Source: Eledone cirrhosa (Eukaryota). Taken from it: a stretch of DNA of 64,000 nt. Below the pieces are notes generated by a model. That model saw only the letters and a list, made by a program, of their open reading frames with translations. It did not search any database and was not told the origin of the DNA. The DNA is taken from contig OZ024756.1 in NCBI GenBank assembly GCA_964016885.1, positions 18,352,001 to 18,416,000 of the forward strand, written 5' to 3'. Of the stretch, positions 36,516 through 50,890 are shown in pieces; position 1 is the first letter of the stretch; each line of letters starts with the position of its first letter. Position numbers and translations under genes: made by a program.

Positions 36516-38572
36516 AATAATAATAATAATAATAGTAAGAATAAGAATGTAAATAAAAACAACAAAATCAACATTGTTTTATAGTGTGTATAGAAAAAAA
36601 TTATAATTTTTATTTTCTTATGAAATCAAAATGACATAGAATAATAATAATACATTTGCTGCTGTAAGTATGAATTGAATCCCCTTCAAAATATAGGGAA
36701 TATGTGATAGACAATGAATGAGAGAGAGGTAGAGTGTGAGAGAGGGAAGAGAAGAGAGATTGATAGAAGGATAGAGGGGGGGGGGGAATAGTAAAAGGTG
36801 AAAGTGGGGAGGGAGAAGACAGAAAGAAAGGAATAAGGTTTCATTTTACCTCCCAAAATCTTTATTTGATGTCTTATTATTAAGTATCAGGTGTGAGTGT
36901 GATTTAATGGATGGGATGGGATAGAGGTTATCGAGCAAGGAAGCTAACTATATATATATATATATAATGGTTATTGACTTCAATACACAAATGTTGCCAC
37001 CTCCAGTTTCAAACTTTGCATAGGTGTTAGATTGTGCATTAGCACAGTTACATGCATCGTTATCTTTCAGGCAACTGTAAACAATATATATATATTATAT
37101 ATATATATTTATATATTATATTATATATATTATATATTGTTTCTTTCAACAAGACACAATACCCTGTCTTTTGTATAAGGGATGTGGGCCATAGTCTAGT
37201 CAATTAAATTAACCTCAGTATATTATCGATACTAACATTTTTGGAAGGAGGGGAAAGTCAATTAAATCAACCCCAGTATTTTACTGGTACTTTATTTTAT
37301 CAACCCTACAAGGATGAAAGGCCAAGTTGACCTCAGATGGTACTTTTTTATCCCCCCCCCCCCCCCCCCCCCCCCCCCAAAAAAAAACCGGTGGAAAAGC
37401 CAAGTTGACCTCAGAGGGATTTGAACTCAGAACTAAATACTACCAAAGCATTTTATCTGCCGCTTTACCGATTCTGCCGATCCACAGAATTTATAATTTA
37501 GGCACCTGGGCCAGCAATTTGTAGCAGGTTCGGGGCTAGTTGGTGATTGAACCCAAGACCTAATGATTGTAAAGTAAACTTTTTTTTTATCATACAGTGT
37601 CATGCTGCATCTGCCCCCTAAACTAGAACAGACCCCCCCCCCCCCCCCAAAAAAAAAAACTTAGACTTTCTATGTATTTATGATTTTGGGAAGATGAGGA
37701 AAGAAAATTGAAGAAATATATGAAAGAGACTAGTTTTTTTTTCTGGAGGGTTTAAATTGAGACACATGAAAGATTATGTACAGTTTAGAGAAATAAAAAT
37801 GTGTGGGGTGAGGTGGGGGCCAAAGAATAGAATTTTTACAGACTAAATACACATATGGTACATACAATTTCTAATATAGGAGGAGGAGGAAGAAGGAAAG
37901 GAACCACATGTTTGATCTTGGATTGGACCAAGGAAAGAATGTTTCCATTGGGCCTTTCCGTTGCTGGTATTATCTACTAGTCAGAACTCTTGACAAAAGA
38001 AAGGAGCTGATCATTAGAACGGACCAAGGAAACAATGTTTCCATTGGGTCTTTCCATTTCTGATAGTCACATCTAGTCAAGTCAGTCACAACTCCTGACA
38101 GAAGAAATGAGCTGATTGTTAGAACGGGTCAAGGAAACAATGTTTCCATTGTGACACTCCATTGCTGAGATTATCTGCCGGGTCACAACTCCTGGAGGCG
38201 GTTGTGTACAGGGTGGAGTAGATAGGGAGGGGGTGTAGGATATAGGAGAGGGGTGGCGATTGTGTAGGAGTTGGAGAAGGGTGGTGGTGGTGGTGGTGGT
38301 GGTTGGAAATATAACAACAAAACAAAAGACAAAACAAAAATTCAGAAAACGTAAAAAAAAAACGGTACAATATAATAATAATGATAATAATAATATATGT
38401 TTTGGTCGAATAATCAACCAGACTGCAGAATGTAGCAGAAATGTTCCGGAAATATTTCCGAAACTAAAACTCTGTCACGCTTTTTTTACAGGTGACAGGG
38501 ATACAATTTTTTTTTATATTCTAAAAAAAAATTATTTTTTTTTAATGATTTTTTTTCTTTTCTTATATATCT

Positions 38573-38620
<48 letters not shown>

Positions 38621-39570
38621 AAATATTAATAATAATAATAAATGTAATGATAATGATTAGTAGTTTGGTACTAGTAGTAGTGATGATAATATTAATAATA
38701 ATACTATTCATAATGATAATACTATTTATGTGTTGGTGTTGTAGCAGTTATAATAGTAGGAGTGGTGGTGGTGGTAGTAATAGTAGCTGGGGTGCGGGGT
38801 GGGGGTGGAGTGGGAAATTTTTGTGGCATTGGTTTGGTGGGTGTGAGTTCAGAAATTATAAAGTTGAAAGACAGGAGTGTGTGTATATATATATATAATA
38901 CGTACATATGTATTTATGAATACATATATACATTCGTATCATTATATATATATGCATATGCATATAATTATATATATATATATATATATATGAGAGAGGG
39001 TGGAGGGAGAAAGAAAGTTGAATGACTGCAAAGGGTTATGGTATTGTTGGTGGTGGTGGTGGGGAGTATTGAAAGGGGGATCGTATGAAAATAATGTGGT
39101 GTTTGTTTGTTTAATAAAAAAAAATTGAGGGCATAATAGTTTTAAGGACAAATTTTCTATCTAGAAGTTCTATCTATAAAAAAGGGATTACCTATTCATC
39201 GACAAATACTCTTAACCTATTCCTCAGATAGAATCAGTCTAGTTTCCGACACAGCAGGTGTTTGATCCAAACCTGGTTGGTTCTTATGAATTACTGCTAC
39301 ACACAGTCAGTTTGATGGGCTTCCACACAGTTTCCATTGACCAAGTCTCACCGACAAGAGATGAGGGAATCAGCCCGAGGCTATAGTGAGAAGACACTTG
39401 CCCAAACTGCTCCACAAAGGGATCAAATCTGAATTTCAAAGTCAGTCAATGTTTAACCATTTCTTCATGCCTGCATCCCACCCCCACATAATAATTACTA
39501 TAATTACTTTTAATGTTGATTAGTCAAATAAATTCTTATTCTATAATCTCTATTTCTACAGTAGGTTTGG

Positions 39571-39617
<47 letters not shown>

Positions 39618-39693
39618 ATAATACTTGATCTTCATAAGCCCTCACAGACTAGAAAAATCAATGTTATTGATGTTCTGTTTACATATGTGTGTG

Positions 39694-39737
<44 letters not shown>

Positions 39738-42406
39738 TACTCACACCACATGACTAATCTACAAATATATTGTGTAAAACTATATACACTGTATTGATTA
39801 ATATATATATTGGTTCACAACGCCATATGAGATATACATGTGGAGTGTGTGCATGTACATATAATACAACTATATATATATTTATGTGTGCATGTGGTTG
39901 AATATATTTAATTGTTGAAGAAACAACACTAATACATTATTTCTAGTTTTCCTGAGAGAAGAAACAAACATGAAAACAAACAAACAAACGAACAAACAAA
40001 AAACAACAATCACTATAAAATTTAGATGAAAGAAGATGAAAGGAAAAAGAAAAAGAAAAAGAAAAAGAAAAAGATAATGATGTTTTATATTCACAGATGA
40101 GATGATGATGAAAATGGTATGGGAGGGATAAATAGATTTGTTCAGTCTTAGTGTTGTAATATATATTACTTTTATTTGGTTAATGTGTGTATGTACATAT
40201 ATTATATATATATATTATTATATATATATATAATATATATATTATATATAATATATATATTATATATAATATATATATTATATACAATATATATATTATA
40301 TATAATATATATATTATATATAATATATATATTATATATAATATATAATATATATATTATATATAATATATTATATATATATATTATATATATATATTAT
40401 ATATAATATATAATATATTATATATAATATATTATATATATATATTATATATATATATTATATATATATATATTATATATATATATTATATATTATATAT
40501 ATACATACATGTATATATACATTTTGTTTTATTATAGAATGTCTTCTACAGGACTTCCTGATATACATCGGGAATGCACCTATAATATATATATACATAC
40601 ATACACTTTTTTGGACCTTTTGCACAGCAGCTATGTTGTGAAAATATATATTTTCACAAAAAAAAAAAAAAAAAAAATGAAATAAAAAAAAGTTTAAATG
40701 TCGGAAGAATATAAGTGTTTTTTGGGGCTTCATAGATAATAGCTTTGGGGGAGATTGAGATATTGGGGTCAGGTGGGGTCAAATGTTGCGTGGGTAACGT
40801 GTGGAAATTTTTTTTATCAAGTTTATATTTATGTACAGATGTATGCATGATTGTTCATCTGTCTGTCTGTATGTGATGTATGTATGTATGTATGTATGTG
40901 TGTATATATATATGCACATGCATATATATATGTATGACTATATATATATATGTATGATGTCTATTAGTCTGTATATATATATATATGTATGATGTCTATT
41001 AGTCTGTATATATATGTATGTATGACTGTCTATCTGTGTGTATGTTATGAATGTATCTCCTAAATGATATTTTTTTTTCCGTTTTAATAAAGAGTTCTGT
41101 TCAACAGAGCCATTAAAGTTTGGTCTCTCAGAGACAAGAGGCATATAATTCCATTTGTAAATATTTCAGACAGGAAACATCTTCACAATTTCCATTTTTT
41201 TTAAAGAAAAAAATTGCTTGAACTTTTCATTGAAAAGCTTTTTGTTATATATATATATATTTTTTTTTTTACATATATAGTTTTGCAATGAGTGTCACTA
41301 AATGTGTCACTCTAAGTCTTCATAGTTTTACAGTTAGGTGCCAATAAGTAATTGTGCAACACAGTTTTTTTTAGTGTGTGTGCCACTAACTAATTGTGCC
41401 ACACACACACACATAATATTTTAGTGTGTGCCACTAACTAATTGTGCCACACACATACACAGACATAGTTTTTTCTTTTCTTTTTCTTCAAATTAAGATC
41501 TGCTGGTTCTGTATTATTGTCTGTGAGAAATTTCAGCCATTTTTTCTTTTCATGGTTACTTACAGCAACTGTATGCATACAACAGCATTGCTTTTAAGTG
41601 TATTTTAGTCTCTTCATAGGAGAAATATAGATAAATAGATAGCTAGATCATAGGTAGATAGATAGATAGAGAGAGACTTAAGAGACATCATTATATTTTT
41701 GTTTTGTTCTGAGAATTGCTATACTGCTAGTAAAAAGGTGTACATTATATAGCTAGTGAAATGTTTTTCAAATATCTATTTCATCTAGAAGCTAACTCAA
41801 GCTGATAGCTTGCATTTTCATCCATTTTTTTGTGTACAGATATACAAATATATTTTTAAAAGCTAACGTTTTATAGTGTTGTTAGGCAATAACTAATGAA
41901 ATAATATATTTTTACAAATTATTTCTTGTGTATTTCTAATTTTTTTTTTCAAGAAGGAAGTAGTGAAAAAGAAAAAGAGATTTTTACTTTTAAAATCTTT
42001 AAAAGAATTAATAAAACTTAAAATAAGTGATTATTTATCTGATAGTTAAAGCTTTCAGTGCCTAAAAAAAAAAAATTGAGACAGTATACTACTAGTAATA
42101 GTGATGATGATTATTATAATAATAATAATAACAATAATAGAAATAGGAATGTCTCTTGTTAATTCTTGTTTTAACATATGAAAATGTCATTTAAGAAATT
42201 CAAGATATTGTTTTCTGTACTATATTGTACGTGAGATATCCGCCTAGTGTAAGTTGTTTAAGGAGGGAGAGAATTGACTTAGATCATAGTTTAAATGTTC
42301 AACAGTGTTCAACAGTTGTGTATCACATCTAGTGGTGATCAGATCAGAGATTCATGTATAGCGGCTCAACAGAGTGTTCACACTGCCAGTCCTCCATCTT
42401 TCACAG

Positions 42407-42466
<60 letters not shown>

Positions 42467-42554
42467 GCATATATATTGATCTTCATATGAGGGACTAAAC
42501 TCTGTGAGTGAACATCATTAATTTTCTCCCTCATATCAAGGATTTGAAGACAAT

Positions 42555-42643
42555 TCATTTTCATCTGACGAGATCAGTGATAATCGATCATGGCTACATG
42601 ATCGATCTATCTCTTATTGAAACATGTGTCGGGATTAAAATGA
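42555..42643 (+). ncRNA. Hammerhead ribozyme motif, stem I slightly decayed
   Basis: tcattttcat CTGACGA, long stem II capped by atcgatcatg-gcta-catgatcgat, GAAA catgtg TC gggattaaaatga. Confidence 0.62.
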
Positions 42644-42678
42644 TTGGAAATTTATACCATGCCTTCGGATCTTCATTT

Positions 42679-42730
<52 letters not shown>

Positions 42731-43265
42731 GGTGACCAAAGAAATATAACCTTATATTCAATATACTTCTATAGCTCACACACAATCACATACACACACA
42801 CACACAGCTCACTGACCTCATCTGAATGGAGGCAGTTTAGGCTGTTTACTGGATAAGAAAAACAGAATAATAAAAAATCAAACAAAGACCCCCAAAATAT
42901 AGACCATATATTTTTTTGTATATTGGGCAACTAAGACCTAAACATGGCGGTCCATAATTTGTGAAGCTTGTATCACACAAACCAGGCAAAAAAACTTCCA
43001 ACTTTCATTCACTTGTACATCTCTTTTGTATAAAATATATTTAAAGATGCTTAGATTTCTTTCTTCAGCTGTTTGTATATTATAGATACAATCATATATA
43101 TATATATATATATATTTGATGTCTTAACATATTAAAGTTGATTGTTTAGTTGCTTGTTTTTTTTTATTGTTTTGTTTTGTGTGAGTGTGTTTATATAATC
43201 TGTTTTATATTTCTTCTCTCTGTGTCTGTCTGTGTGTCTGACTCTGTCTGTGTGTCTTTCACTTC

Positions 43266-43472
43266 TCAACAGACGGAGTCCAACTGTAGCTGCAACATCT
43301 TTGCATGTTCTCCTATCACTGCCATGTTGTGGGGCCCGTCTTTCTCATTCTCCATGATGTGACGCAGCATCCGTTGCCTCTCGCTGAAGCTCAGGGATGC
43401 AATGTATTGTTCTCGGTACTGGGGAAGAGATGGTCCCCATTTTGGATCAGGATGTATCAGCTTCTTTACGCG
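43266..43472 (-). CDS. SLC6 family transporter, last coding exon (cytoplasmic tail RVKKLIHPDPKWGP...LDSVC*)
   Basis: ttccag acceptor, 207 nt to TGA. The 'P...WGP' motif is typical of the amino-acid/glycine-transporter branch. The C-terminal S-x-C resembles a PDZ ligand. The exact paralog cannot be assigned by eye. Confidence 0.9.
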   Translation of the reverse strand, partial: RVKKLIHPDPKWGPSLPQYREQYIASLSFSERQRMLRHIMENEKDGPHNMAVIGEHAKMLQLQLDSVC

Positions 43473-43711
43473 CTGGAAAACCAAGCAAAAAAATAATCAT
43501 AAAATAACAGAAAAATCCCCCCAGAAAATTAGGTCACATGTAGTAAATAGCATAACTGGTGATGGTGATGGTGATAAGTGATAGTGAGTTTGATGATGGT
43601 GATGTATATACATATTACGACACACACAAACTACCACACACACAACTCAAACTACTATCACTCACCATACATACACACACAACTACACCACACACACACA
43701 CACACACACAC

Positions 43712-44108
43712 ATCATCATCATCGTTTAGCATCCATTTTCCATGCTAGCATGGGTAGGACAGGCTGTCCCTTTGTTTCTATAGCTGGATGCCCTTCCACA
43801 TTTACAGTGTGTGTTGGGTGCTTTTTGTCATGACACCTACACGACCACTTTATAATGTGGACTGGGCGTTTTTTGTTGCGACACCTACACGACCACTTTA
43901 TAATGTGGACTGGGCGTTTTTTGTTGCGACACCTACACGACCACTTTATAATGTGGACTGGACGTTTTTTGTTGTGACACCTACACGACCACTTTATAAT
44001 GTGGACTGGACGTTTTTTGTTGTGACACAGAGAGGATTGGACGCTTTTGTTGTGACACCTACACAACCACTTTACAGAGTGGACTGGGCTCTTTTGTCGT
44101 GACATACG
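43712..44108 (-). repeat. Second SINE-internal 48-bp array (~5-6 units) with SINE tail, in the last SLC6 intron
   Basis: Period 48 (acacctac at 43833, 43881, 43929, 43977); homologous to the 31461 unit. Confidence 0.9.
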
Positions 44109-44187
44109 CTACACAAACTACTACCACACACCACAAACACACACACTACCACATACACACAAAGGCATTGTCAGTGCAGCTTCTTAC

Positions 44188-44355
44188 CTCAATAAAGGTT
44201 CCCTTTGTTTTGAATAGTTGGGAAATCATGACAGCAGGTAGAGGAACCAATGATACCATTCCAAGAATCCAACCAAAGACAATTGACCATGTAGGGTATG
44301 TGTAATCTCCATAGGTGACCGGACTCAACTGGCTGATACTGAACAGCCACACCAC
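44188..44355 (-). CDS. SLC6 family transporter, internal exon (TM12): [56 protein letters not shown]
   Basis: 168 nt with cag/gtaag boundaries, phase 0/0. SLC6 motif P..Y..Y.YP.W...GW. Confidence 0.93.
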
Positions 44356-44655
44356 CTGGATAAATAAATAAAAGTGGAAACATTGAGAATAAATTAGGGT
44401 GCAGTGTAGATGATGATGATATGATGATGGTGATGATGATATGATCATGATGATGATGGGGAGGAATGACAGTGGTGATGGTGGTGGCGATGATGCTGTG
44501 GAGGGGAGGATAATGATGGTGGTAATAATAATGATGATTATGATAGTGATGTTGGTGAGGATGATGGTTGTGGCAGTTATGGCTGTGATGGTAATAATGA
44601 TTATGGTAGTGGTGGTGATGAAGATGATGATAATTATGATGATGGAAGAACTTAC

Positions 44656-44756
44656 CAAAGTAATTGTAGGGGTGATGAAACGCCATGAGATTTTCCACCA
44701 GACACAAGGTTTGTAGCCAATCATCAAAGTGATGTCATTGTAGAAACGGTCAGCAC
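44656..44756 (-). CDS. SLC6 family transporter, internal exon (TM11): (G)[33 protein letters not shown]
   Basis: 101 nt with cag/gtaag boundaries, phase 1/0, restoring the frame after the 100-nt exon. Motif D...MIG..P..WW..W....P. Confidence 0.93.
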
Positions 44757-44949
44757 CTGTTAGAAATAATAATAAAATAAAATAAAACACGAACAAGTTG
44801 AGTTGATATAGTTAGTATTAATAGCAGGATCTGTGGAAATTCAATGACGGTGCATGAATTTATAGATTGTCATTTTGATAGAATAGCTGCAATGTGTCCC
44901 CCCCTGTATGTTGTAAGAGACAAATAAAAGTATTGGCATGGTGAAGGAG

Positions 44950-45303
44950 ATCTGGCAGTAAAACATTGCTTCAACCAGAAACCCAGGAATGACATCTGGC
45001 AGTAAAACATTGCTTCAACCAGAAACCCAGGAATGACATCTGGTAGTAAAACATTGCTTCAACCAGAAACCCAGGAAGGACATCTGGCAGTAAAACATTG
45101 CTTCAACCAGAAACCCAGGAATGACATCTGGTAGTAAAACATTGCTTCAACCAGAAACCCAGGAAGGACATCTGGCAGTAAAACATTGCTTCAACCAGAA
45201 ACGACATCTGGCAGTAAAACATTGCTTCAACCAGAAACCCAGGAATGACATCTGGCAGTAAAACATTTTCAACCAGAAACCCAGGAAGGACATCTGGCAG
45301 TAA
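44950..45303. repeat. 44-bp intronic minisatellite, ~8 units
   Basis: atctggcagtaaaacattgcttcaaccagaaacccaggaatgac. Confidence 0.93.
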
Positions 45304-45474
45304 AGAATTGACACAAAGAGGACACTACAATGAGCATAAAATTTGTCATGTGGCCTGCAAGACTAACCTTTAATTCTGGAACTAAATCAAAGACATAATA
45401 GAAATCCTTTTTTTAAGGGGTTGTGTTGGGTGTAATAAAATAAGGGTTCTGTTGATCAAAGATTAGGGACCTAC

Positions 45475-45574
45475 CGTAAACCCAGGAAATGACCACACAC
45501 TCAGTCAAAGACAGAATCATCAGGGAAAATGTGGAGCAATACCAATCAACAACTTGGAGCAAGTAGATTCCACC
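45475..45574 (-). CDS. SLC6 family transporter, internal exon (TM10): GGIYLLQVVDWYCSTFSLMILSLTECVVISWVY(G)
   Basis: 100 nt with a tag acceptor and gtagg donor, phase 0/1. Classic SLC6 motif GG.Y....D.Y...E...I.W.YG. Too short to appear in the ORF track. Confidence 0.93.
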
Positions 45575-45954
45575 CTATTGGAGAAAAACAGAAGAAATTT
45601 AGAACATAGATAATGTTGGTGGTGGTAGTGTTGTGGTTGTGTTCTGAGGGTGGTAGTGTTGTTGTGGTGGTGTCAGTGGTGTTGTGTAGTTGGTGGTGGT
45701 AATGCTTGTATTGTTGTTGGTGATGGCAGTGGTGGTATTAATGTTGGTTGTGTTGGTGTTGTTGGTGGTGGTGGTGTGTTGGTGTTGTTGGTGGTTGTAA
45801 TGTTGTTGCTGTGGTTGTTGGTGGTGGTGATAGTAGTACTGTTATGAGTTAATGTTAATAAGATTATCATTTTGTGGACAATAATTTTTCCTTGTATCTC
45901 TAAAAATGATGTTAAGTGCAGACATATGTATTACATATTATTATATATATACAG

Positions 45955-46245
45955 TAAAGTACCAGTAATGCACTGGGTAATTGCTGGCCTTGTGCCTAAA
46001 GTAGAAACATATTATATATACACAGTAGGGCGGTGAATTGGCAGTAAGGTAGAGGGTCGGACACCATACTTTGCAGCATAGAGTTACGGCTCTTTATGAT
46101 CTGAGTTCAAATCGCGCCGAGGTTAACTTTGCCTTTCATCCTTACGGGGTCGATAAAATAAAGTACCAGTCACGCACTGGGGTCGATTTAATCAACTTTC
46201 CCCTCCCCCAAAATTGCTGGCCTTGTGCCTATATAAGAAACCATT
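45955..46245 (+). mobile_element. SINE tail plus a full SINE copy inside an SLC6 intron
   Basis: Same family as 9076; full copy at 46029-46245. Confidence 0.85.
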
Positions 46246-47010
46246 ATATATATATATATATGTGTAACATATATTACATATGTACTCAACCTGTTGACTG
46301 CCGCGTATATTTTACACAGCAACAGTTGCTGTGCTGGGTTTTTCCAGTAAAATGACTGTTTTTAAACAAACATTTATTAACACATATCTGAATGATTGAC
46401 AAATGCCACATCAATTAACTAGTAACCCCATCTAGCTTTGCAGTTATGAACTGTTGGAAAAAGAGTTCAAACATGTTAGGATGAGTTATCTTGTCTGTGG
46501 CACTGGAATGTCTACATGTTAAGACGAGTTATCTCGTTTATAGCACTGAAGAAGTTAATAATGTTAAGTGGATCCTTTAGGCTGGCCAAAGACACATCAC
46601 GATAAGATGGAATCATTATATTCAGTTGTAGAAACCATGCCACAAATAGAGTATATAAGCTAGACATGGTACTCTGAACTGTCAGTGATTGCTTCCAATG
46701 CTGGAGCTTAACTCGGTTACATTGGTGTAAAATGACTGAGAGTAGAAGACACTACTGTCTCTCTCTCTGCAACAGGATGCCAGTCCATTGAAGAGATAAC
46801 TCCCAGCTGCTGCTGGTGGTACTTATTTCTAATTAAGTTGACTAGAACAATACAAAATGAAGTGTTTTGCTCGAGACAATAACTGACTGAAATCATGATG
46901 ACCTGTCCAACCCATGTAAAAATTACGACAATGACAATGATGAATTACTCCATTTAGCTACAGACCCCACCCCTGCACACAAAAAAAAACCCAGAAAAAA
47001 ATGTTCTTAC

Positions 47011-47142
47011 CCGTGTAATAAAGGGAATGCCAAGTAGAAACTCCACGAAGCAAATGCCGGCTGTGAAAAGAACTTTTCTCTTGGCCAGTAATTCTGGGAA
47101 TTCATCTATAAAGGCACTGGTCATCGTTTCAAACATGCCAAA
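47011..47142 (-). CDS. SLC6 family transporter, internal exon (end of TM8 through TM9): FGMFETMTSAFIDEFPELLAKRKVLFTAGICFVEFLLGIPFITR
   Basis: 132 nt with a cag acceptor and gtaag donor, phase 0/0. The peptide matches the SLC6 pattern F...ET...A..DEFP. Confidence 0.93.
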
Positions 47143-50100
47143 CTGAACAAAAGAAATATATAATATTGAAAATCTATCTGTCTAGACATATGACAAACTG
47201 TAAAAACAATGACTGCAATTATACATGGAAAATAGGGGTTTAAAAAAAAAAAGAAGCTTTTTCAAAACAAACTTCCTGTCTTGAAAAACCTTGTGAACAA
47301 GGGAAATATTTTTTCTTAAAATATTTTCAATGTCTTTCCTTTGAAAGACCCTAGTGCTGTTGGAATATGGATTTTGAAAATGGGATTTTATAAAAAGACA
47401 GTTGATGTTAAATGGAGAAAAGTGAAAATAAAAAATAAAATTTGTCCTGAAATTGTTTTTATGTCAAATTTGAAAGAAATTATAATTTTTAATTCCAATT
47501 TTTTTTACAAAGATATGTATGTTCTTATGTCTTTAGTTCATTAGTTTTAGCCATTGCGGCTAAAGGTACATGTTAGAACACTGCCTACATGCATGCATGT
47601 TTGTGTGTGTATGTGTATAATATATATTACATATGTTTTATATATATATATATACATATATTTTATGTGACATACACATATATATATATGACATATGCAT
47701 TATACATACATACTCATACACACATATACACATGCACACACCCCACACACACCTATAAATGAACATAAGAACACAACACATACATTATCTTAGAATTTGG
47801 AAATATTAAAATAAAGAAAGGAAGTGGGGGAGGGAATTAAATAGATTCTTTACATACTGGTTATAAAAAATATAAAAAAAATTCTATTTTCCTTGTTCAA
47901 AGAGGAAGTTAGAAGCCAAGCAAACCATGTCAACGTTTAGAATTCGGGGAGACTTGGAAATATGTTTAATATATTACTGAAAAAAATTTTTTTAAATCAA
48001 AATCTAATGTAATATTTTTTATTTATAATTTACTTAAATATATTTTATTTCTATTTTTCTTTGTTATATATATATCGTTTTAAATATTTGATAATTTGTA
48101 ATAATGTTGTCCAAAATGTAAATAATTTATTGGTTTGAGAAAAAAGTTGGTTTATTGAATTTTAAAATTATTCTTAGATAAATCAAAATTAATGCTTTTC
48201 CTTCAGGATAATAATCAAAATTTAGAAAAAAAAATTATTTGAAATAATGTATCAAAATAGATGTATGTTGGTTCTGTTTATAAATAATTAATCAATGTAG
48301 ATGATATTGGAACTTTTTTGTTTATTTATTTATTTATTTATTCATATTACTTTTTTTTTGTAAATATGTTATTGAAAATAAAATGTTTTTCTTTTACCAA
48401 TAAAATTTTATTAAATTAAATTTATCTTTCTTTGCAAATACATTATTTAAAATATAAATCTCTCTTTCTATGCAAAGAAGTTATCTAAAATAAAATTTAT
48501 CATTTTTTTTCAAATAAATAATTCCAAATAAAATTTATTCTTCTTTCCAAATATATAATTTAAAATAGATATTTGTCTTTCTTTGTAAATAAATTATCTA
48601 AAATAAAATTTATCTTTCATATAAATTATTTAAAATAATTTTTTCCCTTGGGAATTAATTATTTAAATATATCTTTCTTTGATTTAAAATCAAATTGTTT
48701 AATGAATAAGAGGAAGCTGGGGTTGTATAAACTATGGATTTCTATCTATTTCTATTATGATTCTATATATGAGAGTGAGAGAGCCTAATATGGTTGGCTT
48801 AGCTTTATTCAATGACTTTTTCTTTATATCCCCATATGAAAACATTGTAGACTGACTTACATTATTATTATTATTATTATTATTTGAGGGTGGGGGGTGC
48901 ATTAATTTAAATTCAATTTGTACGATTATTATTTTCATGAAATATATTTCTTAAATAATAAATATAATGCATATTTAATGATATTTAAAAATAATAATTA
49001 ATTAATAAATATATAAATACAGATTAAGTGATGAATTATGATTTTATATTAAAATAATAATTTAGGAGAAGGATGAGGAGGAGAAAAATGTCAGCAAGGT
49101 TTTCATGGGTCATACAAAATAAAATTCATACATGGAATTTGATGAGATATTTGCTCACAAATAGATATATTTCCAAAACCAAATCTCTTCTTAAATTCTT
49201 AAAGCCAAAAATTTTTTATAAAATATAATTTTACAGAAATAGTAATTTTTCTAATTCCAACAAAAAATTATAAAAATAAAATAAAAGCAGTTATTAAAAT
49301 TTTTTTTAGTGATGAAAAATTTTCCTTAGTAATACATATATACATATATATAAATATATATGTATATATATATATATTTGAGCATAATATATAATAAATA
49401 TATGTGAATTTTTGAATATATATATATAGATTGGTTGTGTTATAATATTTGTGAGCATTCCCTGTAGAGTTAAAAGAATGTGAAAGATTAAACCTGTTAA
49501 AGCATGAATAGATTGGTTTTACCTTGTACATGGTTTTTGTGTATTTAAGCTATCATTTGTATGTTGTTTGCTTCAAACACCTTTTACATAGACCTAGAAA
49601 AACTATTTTTCAATGAAATTGTACATAGTATAAGTGGCCACTTTATGTACAATTTTCAACTGAATTTAATACTACAACGGTGTTCCATTTGGCTAAATAC
49701 TCTAAATATAATCAATTCTTCAATTAATCTAAATAAAAAAATTATTAAAAGTCAAATTCAGCTAAGAAAAAAAAATGATTTTTTTGTCAAAATTTTTATC
49801 ATATTCAGAAAGAATCATAGCACTGCCGTCATTTACTAGGTACTATTTTGTCTCAGAAAGAGAACACATTTAGCTGATGGGATCGACTGCCAGTATATGA
49901 TAATGAGAATAATCTCATTTGGCACTACCAATAAGCTGAAAAGTGAAATCAACTTTGGTAAAAGTTAAACACAGAAGCATGAGGTATTCAACTCAAATAC
50001 TGTACAGTATCAGACCCTAAACCTCAAAAACTATCTGTGCCAAATTCCACAGCTTTCACTAGTAGTAGTAGCAGTGACAAAATGAATACTAAACATTATA

Positions 50101-50313
50101 ATCATTATAAAATTATATAAAATTAAAATCATCAATTTTTGATTTACTTTACCTAAAAGAATAAAATGTAATTTTGAATTTTGCCGAATATATAAAGTCC
50201 TTAAAAAATTTGGAGGAAATCATAATTTTGAAGAAACTTTAATTTTTAGCCAAATACAAACTCCATTGTAGTTGAATGTTTGAATAATTTTTAAGAATTT
50301 TGTTTTTCAATTT

Positions 50314-50354
<41 letters not shown>

Positions 50355-50544
50355 AAAAGAAAAAAATACCTTCATCAATAACAGTAAATAGTTTCCTAAA
50401 TTTATAATTTTATTTACTAACCCCCAATCCCTCCAAACCCAACCCCCAACTCTACAAAAAAACCCACTCAAAATGTCTGCAGTTTATCACTGTCTTTAAC
50501 TTCTTGTAGATTTTGTGAAAACCATCTGACATCACTGAGTGCAT

Positions 50545-50890
50545 ATATATCTCATCTGTTTGAAGATACATCTCATGTTTGAAGATATATTTAATCTTTT
50601 TAAAGATATATCTCTTCTGTTTGAAGATATATCTCTTCTGTTTGAAGATATATCTCTTCTGTTTGAAGATATATCTCATCTGTTTGAAGATATATTTTAT
50701 CTGCCAGCAATTGTGACTAGCAGATAGTATCAGGAAACATAGTTTCATTGGTCCAATCTTACAAACATCTTTCTTTTTTGAGAATGAGAATTTATCTCAT
50801 CTGTTTGAAGACCTATCTCATCTGTTCCAATATATATCTTATCTATTATAAGATATAAGTCATCTGTTTCAAGATATAACTCATCTGCTT
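50545..50890. repeat. 21-bp tandem repeat (tgaagatatatctcttctgtt), degenerate
   Basis: Direct reading. Confidence 0.85.

Noticed and set aside
39150-39240. CTGAGGA on the minus strand with ttctat/atagaa flanks
   Set aside because: No properly placed GAAA or stem II, so not called a hammerhead.
44146-44796. 216-aa ORF as one exon with a poly-Ile/Thr insert
   Set aside because: Two SLC6 exons joined by a 300-nt in-frame, stop-free (CAT)n-rich intron with good GT-AG sites; intron retention is not supported without RNA data.
50314-50367. Long poly(A) run as a processed-pseudogene tail
   Set aside because: No upstream ORF and no target-site duplication recognised.
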